Shown here: piece after piece, positions 1 through 10,481 of the stretch
Layout: each line of letters opens with the position of its first letter
How positions within the stretch are numbered: position 1 is the stretch's first letter
The notes under the pieces: model-generated
The model's database searches: none
The model's input: the letters and a program-made list of their open reading frames with translations, nothing else
What the model was told of the DNA's origin: nothing
Assembly: GCA_010015805.1 (NCBI GenBank)
Contig: ML978122.1
Span: forward strand, 2,886,453 to 2,950,452
DNA: 64,000 bases
Direction of reading: 5' to 3'
From: Rhizodiscina lignyota
Taxonomy: Eukaryota
Position numbers and translations under genes: made by a program

Positions 1-1409
1 GCAACCCTCATGGCGGACACCACGCAGCCTTCCAGAAGTACCATTCCATCCCAACACCAGCCTCCGACTAACCAAATCTTATCGTCGCCGTTCCTCCAGG
101 AAGATTTTTTTTCGTCAAGGAGCGGACTGCTGAGGTTCTCGCGGAATATGTCGTTAACCACACGCCTGCTGCGTGGAGTGCGGAGGACTCGAAGGAATTT
201 TACGGATGTCAGCACATTTTGTGCTGATGAGATATCGTTAAACGGACATGTTGTCACCATGGCTCCAGACGGATGGACGTGTATGGATTCTGTTTGCCCC
301 AGACTGACTGAGGTGCGAAAATGTATCGTTTGCGCTGCTCTTGCCCTTTTCGATGCGAGCCCGTTGGCCGTAGTGTCATTCGTGGCACGCTTCATACCAT
401 CACCTTGTACAGTGCTTTCGACCATGGTTGTTGGAATCTGTGCCGTGGCTTTTCCGAGAGGCTGGAAGATCCTTCCAGCAATATCAGGGGCTACCGCCAA
501 AACTACCTGGTCGAATATCTCTTCATTAATTTCCTTATCCAATGTATTCCACACAACCTTAAGTCCTTTATTTTGGAGCGCTTCAACCTTGGTGACCGTC
601 GCGGAGAATCTAGCTTCCAATCCACATCCTAGCGTTCTTTGCACTTCGTGCAAGCCAGAGACCGTGTAATGCTCCCCGCCTGCCGATTGTCTTTTATATT
701 CGGTCAAATCCCTGGCCGGAAACTGAAGAAGAGCTTTGTGTGAACAAGTTGCAACGCTCGCTATGAGAGGAAGTAGATAGAAGTTCACAAAGTGGCGGGG
801 AAGCATAATACGTTGGATGTATTGGTCCAAAGATTCGCACATAAGAGAGTTTGTCGCGGGTATTGGTGGGATCCAGAAACAGCAAAGCGACCACCAAAAG
901 TAGCAGACTGCCACGTAAATGATCTCTATGAACCAGGAGGACAGACTAATACCCTCGGGGCGGATTGGCGGAAACCGATGGTTGTTCGAGGAATAGATAA
1001 AGTAGCCTTCCTTGCTTCTCTCGCCCAAAGTCTCGTTGGCTGCTTTTTTTCTGAAGCTATAAATGAATTGCTGTGAATGGTATCGTACCCTTAGGTATTT
1101 GTACATGCTGATCAGATTTTTGTAATAACCTTCTGCGAAGGCGCGCATAGGAACGTCAATGCGATCGACTATTTCGCCTGATTGATCTTGTATAGATATG
1201 GACGCAGAATCGAGGGAAAAGGATCCACCCTAATGGAGCCATGTTAGACTAGCGAACGGAAGCATTTGAGACATACGTACGCTTTCAAAGACAGTCACAG
1301 AGTACCGCTGATGTAGATCGTGGTGGAGAAGGTGCGCAGTGACCAAACCTGCCAGGCCGGAACCAACTATAGCCACTTTCTGCTTCGCTTTGCTCTTTGT
1401 GAACGTCAT
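1..1409 (-). CDS. FAD/NAD(P)-binding oxidoreductase, amine-oxidase/COG2907-like (3' end runs off window)
   Basis: Manual minus-strand translation: ATG at 1409, MTFTKSKAKQKVAIVGSGLAGLVTAHLL (Rossmann GxGxxG); intron 1280-1230 (GTACGT...CTAAC...TAG); then IDVPMRAFAEGYYKNLISMYKYL; C-terminal IWLVGGWCWDGMVLLEGCVVSAMRVA at the window edge. Absent from the ORF track because the stop lies outside the window. Confidence 0.85.
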
Positions 1410-1713
1410 CTTGACGATGCTCTACATATACCAATGAAAAACAGCTTGCAGAAGAGTGGCAGGTCTTCCGATTTCTGTGGGAATAAATGACGTATGTAAA
1501 GCATTGCACAGCAAAACCAAACGATAACGGTCCAAGAGCTTGATTCCACAGGAAGGAAAGAATATCGGTGGCTGAGCTTTGCAAAATAAACAGGACCGGC
1601 GAGATGAAGGACTAGCCAGGATATTGCCAAGCTGCGACCCCGATCAAAGTTCGTCCTGGGACTGCATTCCATGTTGATGATTCTTGACTGACGTATCAAG
1701 CCCGCTCAGTAGG

Positions 1714-2011
1714 AATTTAGTGTATGCAAGAGTTGCTAGAATCTTGGCGACACTTGGCAATGGAAAATAGAGTAACCTAAAGAAGCCCGTACGCAAGTCT
1801 TCACGGGAACTGAAAAATCTCAAGAATTTAAGACAGACTATAATTTAGTACCTTTCTTAAGAGTTTTTCTTAAAAAATTTTATACATAGAAAGTACTGAA
1901 TACAAAGTATAAGTTTATATATTCTTAACAACTACATAAGCTCATAAAAAAGTGAGGAGTGTTTTCTGCTGGAGCGTCGCTAAGATTCAAGCAACTTGCA
2001 TATCCTAAATT
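1714..2011. mobile_element. degenerate MITE-like element with imperfect ~40-bp terminal inverted repeats and AT-rich core
   Basis: 1714-1754 (AATTTAGTGTATGCAAGAGTTGCTAGAATCTTGGCGACACT) matches the reverse complement of 1973-2011 (AATTTAGGATATGCAAG--TTGCTTGAATCTTAGCGACGCT) at 34/39 positions; the interior is AT/TpA-rich. Confidence 0.6.
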
Positions 2012-2451
2012 GTCACGATAATTAGTAATTAGCCGAACGAGGAGCATCCATGTTTGTGCCTGTTGTGAATGCGATTAAAGCGACCGACCCACAACCAAAC
2101 CCGAGAAAGGCCGAATCACGATATATGTTTCAAAAGCAGGGTGCATGGCTCCGTCTCCAATCATACAAAGACACCAGATACAGAAGATCCGCCCTAGATT
2201 GTCAGCAAGTGCCTAGTGCGGTATAGCGCCTGAACACGTGCACTCGTGTATTATAGCTTCATTCTCTCCTTCGAAGATCTCTCTCTTCAATCAACCCACG
2301 AGATTTCTCACTCCTGCTCGCTCTATGCTCTGACAGAGATCTACGGTGAGACCACTTGGTTTGTTGGGTTGGCTCTGCCTCGAACTGAAGGGGCTAAGTT
2401 TGTGGGTCCCATATATCCCGGATAAAGCTTGTTATTGCTGAGGAGAAGAGC

Positions 2452-3550
2452 ATGGATTGGACGAATAAATGTTTTCTGGGTATTCTAACGGCTGGGTTAA
2501 TGATTCTTTTGATCAAGCGATTAGTCGAGAATCGATGGAATGGAAAGGTAAATAGAAGAACCGAGAAGCCTCTATATAGATCCGACCACGGTATACTGAA
2601 CATTCCACTGCCACCCCAGTCGATGTGGATGAACATGGGGTTCTGGAAGGTGCGAAATGATCAATTTGAGATCTGATGTCTCCTGCTGATGACAATAGGA
2701 TACCGAGGATTTTCAAACAGCTTGTTCCGCTCTTCTCGAAGAAGTGTTGAAGTCTGCACAAGTTCTGCAAGACGGAGTCTCAGGTGGCGACAAGAACGTC
2801 ATCAATACGTTGAGTATCATTGACCTAGGTTTTGGATGTGGGGACCAATGTCTATATATCAAAGATGTCTTAGAGAATCGAAGACAGACGAAAGGAGATA
2901 ATCCGCGGAAGAGGCTTCTCAAAGCTTATATTGGCATCACGCTGGAGAGTGCTCATTTCCGCATTGCCCAAGAGCGACTTGGTCGCAAACCACCAAATAC
3001 CAACGAAGTGTTCGAGATCTATTGCGCCGATGCCGGAAGGCCCGCATCTTGGACTTTAGAGATAAGGAATGCTGTTACTTTGGCTTGTCAGACCAATGAC
3101 GAGAAGGAAAATCATGAAAACTGGCTCCTCGGACTTGACTCACTTATTCATTTTCAACCTTCCAGGTGGCCCGTTATCGAGTACGCGAACAGAAAGTTGG
3201 GTGCCTCACTCATGGCGTACGATCTCTGCATTGCTGATAATCTTTCGGTGAGGCAACGCGTTATCCTCAGATTGATGGCCCTTTTTGGCCAGAGTCCGTT
3301 CGCGAATTGGATTACAATTCAAGAATATCGGGAACGACTTGTCATGGCTGGCTACGCACGAGAAAACATCGAGATCCGCGACATTTCAGAACACGTATTC
3401 GGCCCATTAGCTGGATTCCTGAGGAAAAGGGAAGTTGAACTGAAACTGTATGGCCTGTCGATTGGACGTTTTCGGTATGCGGCGGGGATGTTCGCTTGGT
3501 GGCGCAAGACAGGCGTGGTCAGAGGTTGTATTGTCGTCGCGAGGAAATAG
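2452..3550 (+). CDS. class I SAM-dependent methyltransferase with N-terminal membrane anchor
   Basis: Exon 1 MDWTNKCFLGILTAGLMILLI...SMWMNMGFWK; intron 2650-2698; exon 2 DTEDFQTACSALLEEVL...IIDLGFGCGDQ (SAM motif I), YIGITL, IEIRDISEHVF. Confidence 0.85.
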
Positions 3551-3738
3551 TCCCCAAGTGTCAAGCATCACCCTAAGTATAGTCGTTTGCGCAATGCCTT
3601 TTCGAATATCTATCGCCCACGATGATCATATCTCGTGTACAACTGATCTTTGCCCCCAATGGCCTGCCTGCGTAATTAGAGGGTTTCCAGCTATATATAA
3701 ATTAATCAATCCATGAGTCCACCCTGCAAAAGAGCAGC

Positions 3739-4593
3739 TTATACCCCTTGCGACCCTCGACGGGGCGCGCTAGCTATCTTGAAAAAAGCGAATATGGCAA
3801 CAGCCAGTGACACAGCACTCAGATATGCATCTGCAACAGTCCCGATGCGATTTGAAAGTAAGTCGTTATTTATCGCATCGCGCGGTATTAGATTGAATGT
3901 TGTTGCAATCGCCGACCATCCTGCAACCGCCGGAACAACCAATGTATCGGCCATTCCAAAGCAATACTCGAATGGAAGGTTTGAAGTCGACGACAGGGCG
4001 AACGTCAGAGTGAGAGAGTACAACTCTAGAAGACGATGCCGGCGTCCAGACCCAAAACGGGGCAGTGTCAAAAGAACGAATCTGTAGATCGCGTGTGCGA
4101 ATATCCAAGATTTGCTGACGGCAGTGAAAACGAACAAATTGTCGTGAAGAGCGATTGTCTTCCATCCAGCACGGTGCCCTTGTTGGACGATCCAAATGAA
4201 GAGTGCAACGCAGGCGACCTTGGTACACATTCCCCGAAGGGTGCCGTCGGCGGGAGTCCCCACCATCATGCCAATGTTGCCATACACCGCGAAATTAACG
4301 TAGGTCGTAAAGGCAGGTAGATATCTGGTCTGAAAGGATCGATTCGCAACGAGGAATGCCAGGACCGAACCGAGACCGAGGGGAAGTACACACATGGTTT
4401 TGGTCATTTCGCCAACAGTAGACGTATTGTCGAATACGACGATAGTCACGCTGACCCCAAGGACCACGAGCAAAAGCAGGCCCGGGTGTCGAATAGCACA
4501 CTCGTACGTGAGGATGAGAATGATACTGAGCCATGCGTTGAATGGAATATCAATGTACGACTCAAGCGCTGCATGTAGTCGTGAGAAAGCCAT
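3739..4593 (-). CDS. uncharacterised multi-pass membrane protein
   Basis: 284-aa intronless ATG ORF with several hydrophobic segments; no family recognised. Confidence 0.7.
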   Translation of the reverse strand: MAFSRLHAALESYIDIPFNAWLSIILILTYECAIRHPGLLLLVVLGVSVTIVVFDNTSTVGEMTKTMCVLPLGLGSVLAFLVANRSFQTRYLPAFTTYVNFAVYGNIGMMVGTPADGTLRGMCTKVACVALFIWIVQQGHRAGWKTIALHDNLFVFTAVSKSWIFAHAIYRFVLLTLPRFGSGRRHRLLELYSLTLTFALSSTSNLPFEYCFGMADTLVVPAVAGWSAIATTFNLIPRDAINNDLLSNRIGTVADAYLSAVSLAVAIFAFFKIASAPRRGSQGV

Positions 4594-5047
4594 GAGATGG
4601 GCTGCGCAATTCTGTTCTGGAACTTTTAGGTCAAGCTCCCCTGGCTACCGTGACGGTGACAACTCCTGTTGCGGCCACGCCTCCGGAAACTCTCACAATT
4701 GCATTCCACGTGCGTCTTGTTCAGCTTGTGGCCGGGTCCAAATGCAAGGGGCTCGCGTAAACTTAACGATGTTCGCTCGTAGCTGATGCTCGTACAAAGG
4801 GGCGCCAAATTCGTGATACGATATCCCGAGAGAGATTGAGTAGGCCTTGAGTAGCTTGAGGCGGGCTTGATTAAAGTTTGAGCAAGACTGAGGCGACTAA
4901 GTAGTGAGCGTGAGTAGTGGCGGTGCAAACCTGAGAGAAACTGGGCTGAGGTGGAGCCGAGCGTATCTCTGCTGACGTAATACAATAAAAAATCTTAACT
5001 CTGCCTTTATTATTGTGCAATCAATAAATTTTGACATCGCTCTCATT

Positions 5048-5147
5048 CGAAGTGTACGGGACATGACTTTCGCCTGTGCCTCAATCGTCAACGTTGTCGC
5101 TCAATTTGCTGTCACCTTCACTATCCCGTACTGCTGTACGCACCATA
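5048..5147 (+). pseudogene. fragment of an MFS sugar transporter gene
   Basis: Reads RSVRDMTFACASIVNVVAQFAVTFTIPY, then a 1-nt frameshift to LYAPY; resembles the late TM segment of fungal sugar porters; no flanking transporter sequence. Confidence 0.55.
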
Positions 5148-6218
5148 TTGAAGGGGACAAGTATGACGCATAGAGGAAATTTTATCACAACGCATTCGCA
5201 AACAATGTAATTGTACAGGAGGTGAAGGTCTTTGTTATCACACACCGATATCCACTAGCGCCGGATTACTTTACCCTTGGGATAGTATGTTGATTAACCT
5301 CTTACGTTGAACTAACAAGCTGTTGTTATTAGTTGGGCTTCAGATTCGCTAGCATGTATGTATAACTCCTCTCTATATTGAGGAAAGTCCTTGTCTAAAG
5401 TAAATGACAGTGAGGCTTAGGGGATTCTGGGTAACGCTAGAGAAGATGATGCTACAGCACTGCTCCGACAAACCGACTTTGCCAACTACTGTTGGTAGTG
5501 GAAGAGCGCTCCGCTGGGAGTTGAGTGATTTCCCTGAATGAGGCTTCATTCGAGAATGGAATCAATGGATGAAGAAATGTCGAGGTGGCTACGATCCCAA
5601 GTGACAAGCGGTGACGGTGCGGATTTCATTGGCGAAGGCATTAGGTATGAATTCGAAATACCACAGATTCGGAAAGAACGATAGATTGCTGTCGGTAAAC
5701 GGTACACCTACCGTCTATATTTCCTGAAAGTGAGTTACAACTTCCTTTGGTAACACTGTTGTGTCCATTACATGGGAAGGGGCATCTGCGCTAGCGTTGC
5801 TTGTGCATCGGTCATGGTGTCTCGTGTTAGGTGCCAGGAGATCTCATATTCGGACTTTCACATCTTTCATTCACCAGGTCGCTCGGTTTTCCCTCAGACA
5901 AGTGGCTACATTACACTTCATCAATCCCCATCTGGATTATCTGCATGCAACGCATTCTCCCCAGTCTACCTCTCGCTCAACCGTTCGATGACCCCCTCTT
6001 GCCGCTGAGCTTCTTTCGCCAATTAAACCTATTGCTCAGTAGTGCCGGGGTGTTTCACCTTTGGCTGAAACATTCACCGACTCCCTACGACGAACTGATA
6101 ATCCTCGTACAGTTGAGCACCAGTTTTGCTCTCAGGTATGTATATCACCGTTCTCTGCTGGAGAAACGCCTCTTGTTCTTTCCCAAATGACTGACTGTTT
6201 CCTTTACAGTAGCTCAGC

Positions 6219-6905
6219 ATGGATTCTACACGAGATCGATCCTATCCAGAGGGACATCAGTACCTAACACCCAACGACGTCTTGCGTCATCGTCCTGGTG
6301 GGCAACCCGCCATGGGCGGAGCTGTCTATGCTTCTGCAGGAGATGCTTCCGGCGCAAGTTCCGCTGGATGGGCTGCAATCAACTCGGCGCCTGCAGTACA
6401 GTCGCCTACACTTGGCACCCAAGGACAGGCGTACATAGATCCAAAGCAGTTACAACACCCTAACAGACCAGCGGCAATCGATCTTTGGAGAGACCTTCAG
6501 CGCATATTAAAAGGCGGAAATGCCGGCCGAGTCAACGAGAGTGACATCAGGCACTTCGCGACTCCGCTACTTGAGCTGGCGTGGGAGTGGCTCAACGACG
6601 AACTACGCGTGGTATTGTGGAAGAACTCGATTTGTGACACGAATGGAATGGCGAAATTGGAGGGGCCTGAGGGGGACAGGCAGATCGATCTCCGAGCTTA
6701 TTTCCAGTTTGTGATGGAAATGATGGAGAGAAGCTGGAGTCTGCGCGAGAAGAGCGTTGAGTGGTTCTCAAGGAGGCCACTCCCACAGGTGGAAGATCCA
6801 GAGGTCGTTTTAAAAGTGAAGAGATTGGCTGAGAATCTGAACGAAAGGCATCCTGGCTGGGGTATTATTCAGGGTCTGCGCAATGGCGGAACGCCGGTCG
6901 TTTAG
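6219..6905 (+). CDS. hypothetical protein (orphan paralog A1)
   Basis: 228-aa ATG ORF with a low-complexity N-terminus and a helical C-terminal domain sharing ordered motifs with 7348-8250. Confidence 0.65.
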   Translation: MDSTRDRSYPEGHQYLTPNDVLRHRPGGQPAMGGAVYASAGDASGASSAGWAAINSAPAVQSPTLGTQGQAYIDPKQLQHPNRPAAIDLWRDLQRILKGGNAGRVNESDIRHFATPLLELAWEWLNDELRVVLWKNSICDTNGMAKLEGPEGDRQIDLRAYFQFVMEMMERSWSLREKSVEWFSRRPLPQVEDPEVVLKVKRLAENLNERHPGWGIIQGLRNGGTPVV

Positions 6906-7347
6906 TCGCTGAACGAAGTTAACAAGTATGCTACCAGTGAGGTTTCCATAGAAACGAAATCACCTGTTTGCCTTGGTTACGCAAGGTGACCTTGATCCAT
7001 GCTTCATCGTCGTAGTATCCACGTGAAGACAACCACTAATAATGTCTCCACCCTTTACGTAGTTTTGCCTCCATTTCCACAATCAAGCCTGATGTTTGAA
7101 AGCATCAAACTGTATGACTTTGGGCTGCTACGTTGGTTGGTGCGCTTACGCTGAGCAAAGAATCCGAGGTAGTTAGGCTGCCGCTATTGGGCTCTGCCTC
7201 CTGAGCCTGCTTCCAAACCTATATATTACCTTTCTGTGCTGGGAAGACTAAAGTTCATTATCCTCATAACAAACGTAGCTTGGACGGACAATGGTGACAT
7301 AAGGTAATTGGTTCGTTCTTAGATCCGATTATCCTATTTGGCAGGCA

Positions 7348-8250
7348 ATGAATCAGCAATTCAATACAGAGCATGCTGGGGCAGGAAATGCTGTTGATCC
7401 TGCTCTAGACTCACTCCACTGCCCATTTACTGATTATCTTTTGGAATCTGCAGACAACATGGATCCTCTTGCGTTAGAAATGGATCCTCTTGCGTTGGAA
7501 ATGGACCCTCTTGCGTTGGAAATGGAACTTTTTGCAATGGGAATGGATCCACAGAGTGCCACAGCAGATGCCTTTGCTAGCCAGAATGAAATCCAGTCGG
7601 ATCCGGACAGTCTATATATGGCTCCAGCTAATACCACTTCAAAAGCAGCTGGAAAGCAACCAGCACAAATTACCGGCCGGGGCAGAGGCATCGAGCAAGC
7701 TAATACCACTTCAAAAGCAGCCAGAAAGAAACCAGTAAAGAATACCGAACGGGCCAGAGACATCGAACAGGCCCAGCGGTTTACACTTGAGCGCTGGAAA
7801 GATCTCCAAGCAGTGTTCAAGGGGAAGATGAGAATCAAAGGCATCTCCGTTATTGGCGCGAGCCACCCTCCAAATTTCGCCAACGGTGAAGTACGTGTAT
7901 GGACACTGCATTTTCCCATCAAGATGATCGCACTCGGGAGACGTTGGCTTGAAGACCAGGATTTCTTGTCCTGGTTCAAAACAGAGTATCCAAAGACAAG
8001 TGGCATTGCAAACCCCTTTCTCGAATCTCTTTTCAAATCTTTCGAAGAATTCACTGGGAGGTACTGGGGCCTGGTCGAGAAGAATATCTCGCAGGTTTGC
8101 GAGGATGAACTGATATGGAGGAAGGGCGTACAAACCTACGAAGATGTTATTCGTACAGCGAAAGACATGTGTCGAAACCTACATAAACGCAAGGTCCTTG
8201 GATGGGGAGTCATTTCGGACGAATTGCTCATGGTTGAAGCGAACGAATAG
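7348..8250 (+). CDS. hypothetical protein (orphan paralog A2) with internal repeats
   Basis: 300-aa ATG ORF, TATA-like CTATATATT at ~7219, MDPLALE repeats, C-terminal domain similar to 6219-6905. Confidence 0.7.
   Translation: MNQQFNTEHAGAGNAVDPALDSLHCPFTDYLLESADNMDPLALEMDPLALEMDPLALEMELFAMGMDPQSATADAFASQNEIQSDPDSLYMAPANTTSKAAGKQPAQITGRGRGIEQANTTSKAARKKPVKNTERARDIEQAQRFTLERWKDLQAVFKGKMRIKGISVIGASHPPNFANGEVRVWTLHFPIKMIALGRRWLEDQDFLSWFKTEYPKTSGIANPFLESLFKSFEEFTGRYWGLVEKNISQVCEDELIWRKGVQTYEDVIRTAKDMCRNLHKRKVLGWGVISDELLMVEANE
7459..7542 (+). repeat. 21-bp in-frame tandem repeat (MDPLALE x3 plus one degenerate copy)
   Basis: ATGGATCCTCTTGCGTTAGAA / ATGGATCCTCTTGCGTTGGAA / ATGGACCCTCTTGCGTTGGAA / ATGGAACTTTTTGCAATGGGA. 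Confidence 0.95.
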
Positions 8251-8384
8251 CTCTGAAAGTGTAGTTATTTCTTTGTCTGTCATCAATCATCACATCAGTA
8301 TGGAATATGCTCATAATTCTGTCCATCCACTGGGCTCTGTTGATGTGCATGGGCTCCAAATCGACAAGAGCGCACAATTTCTCG

Positions 8385-8789
8385 TCACGCGAGCCGACTG
8401 CAATCAACATCGCCCTTTGCAATTTCGCCATCCACAGCCCACGTCCTCTCCCCATTCTCGCCTGTTATAGAGCTGCTCGATGGCCCTTTCTGCCCACTGA
8501 GCTTCCTCTTCATCCATCTGAACGGCTTGAAAGGATCGTTCGGCGCGAACTCGCAGCTGCCCTTCTGGCCACCCCAGTAGTCGTTTGCCATGGATCTCTC
8601 CTCTGCGAACTGCATGAGTAATTTTTCCCGCTGCGCTGCTGTCATTGGCCTGCTAGGCCTGCGCTGCGTTCGGTCTGCAGCTGAGCTACCTCTGGGCGTG
8701 GCGGTTGTTGCATAAGTGGGCGGCTGATGATTGGCAGCATGGCCATATGCTGGAGGTGGCCCTTCGGCTTTGGTCGGGGTTGGCTCCAT
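8385..8789 (-). CDS. small hypothetical protein with PPAY/PPTY motifs
   Basis: 134-aa ATG ORF, MEPTPTKAEGPPPAY...QPPTY; PY motifs are common in small fungal proteins. Confidence 0.55.
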   Translation of the reverse strand: MEPTPTKAEGPPPAYGHAANHQPPTYATTATPRGSSAADRTQRRPSRPMTAAQREKLLMQFAEERSMANDYWGGQKGSCEFAPNDPFKPFRWMKRKLSGQKGPSSSSITGENGERTWAVDGEIAKGDVDCSRLA

Positions 8790-10481
8790 TGGAATTCCGA
8801 TATTTCGTTCTGCTATTGTAGGCTTTTGCGGGGGATGAGCTCTAAGCTACTGCTTGAGTCGTCAGCAGATTTTGCGCGATAGAAGAGGCGAGCACTGCGA
8901 TGGGCAGTAAGGAACGGTTCCGGGGCTAAAAGGAGGCCTTTCGAAATTTCGATGCCACCAAAGAGTGATGCTTGCTGCCGTTTTGTTTGACAACAAATTT
9001 TTCGAAATTCAGCATCAGCTACTTTAGTGCCCTTATTATATCCTGAGTAGTGTGAACCGCGTAGTGCCGTGAGGCAGTTACGAAGCCATATCCGAACTCC
9101 GTAGAGAGATAAATCGCGTAATGATCCTTCTCGCTTCGGGACGTATGAAAGTGGGAAGAGATTGCAGGCTTAAGCGAAAGTGAACCGAAATACTGGAGAT
9201 TTGGCCACGAGGCCGCTTGTTTGGATTAGCATCGAGGATCTACATCAAGCTCTATCAAGCTTTTCAGAGCCTCACGAGGCCGTCGAGCGAGGACCATAGC
9301 GAAAACTCTCCTGGCCATTCGATGACCGTGTATAGCCACGGTACGTCTTTTACGCTAGGAGGACAGGTGGAACTTGCCAAAGATGTGCTTGTGAATAGTC
9401 TGAGCTGCAAATAATGACTAGAGGTGTGCGGATGTATCCATCAGTGTTAGAATGCTTAATAAAGTCGTTGCGCCCTTGGGCAACTCCGTAGAGGTTGAGA
9501 TTAAGTTCTGAGATGAGTGGCAGTAGGGAAAGGGGGCGGCCACCAGGGGTCATGCCAAGCACCCGAACGACATTGGCGGAGTTTCTTTCAACATCATCCT
9601 CTGGGGAGCACTGTTCCTTTACCACTACAACTCACAACACGACTATTAACAGGAGCTGTCACCTTGCACACGGTCTCACTTGTTATGCATTCATGCAACG
9701 CCCACTTTCCCGTAGCTCGGCAAAATTAGAGCCATTGCTCAGTTTCCATGATACCACGCTGGTTACATCTGGAGTGCCTGCAGCACCAAATTGCCATTTC
9801 TCCTGATTTTCTCTCGGCCTGTGACCTCTGTTCCGCGGAATGGCTTGACTTCCCCTCATTCCTCTTGGAACTGTGCAACAGAAACTGTCCCAGTCCAATG
9901 GGAATCCACTGAATCTCCGATTGCCCGACGCACTGGACAGCGACTATCGACTTTTGGATCATACCTTCGGCGGCCGCTGCGTCTATCCTTTCTGGATTGA
10001 GGCTTCGCTGTTCTCCCCGACGTATAGGTATACTGCTATTGAGGCATTGAGGCACTTAAAAGGAACATGGCTAAATATAAGGGAGCTGTACATGAAAGGC
10101 GAAGGCCCAATCAGCGACAGGATAGGGGAAGATCGACGATACAAGCGCCTATGAAACCTAACATACAACTATTTTCTGGAGCTCTGGTCATGCAACGTGC
10201 AAAATTTGACAGTCCTTGTGTGGAACCTGTCCACGCAACTGAGATGGATATTTCGGTAGTACGGCAGGTTTCTGCCATGTCGGACATCACCACCTTGGAT
10301 ACCGTTTCCTTAACAGTTCCAAATGACGCACCAGTGTGCTGAACTGAAAAGGTATATCTTGTGGCTCGCGCCGATACCGAAAGCGAAACTCATTTATATT
10401 CTGGCTGTCTTTGCTTGCTTTTGAAACCTCACTCAACTTCGGTCAATCAGTTTCTGCTAGTGGCTCTTCGGCCCATCAAAC

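Noticed and set aside
10..669. 219-aa + strand ORF
   Set aside because: Antisense shadow of the minus-strand FAD oxidoreductase, which carries the recognisable motifs.
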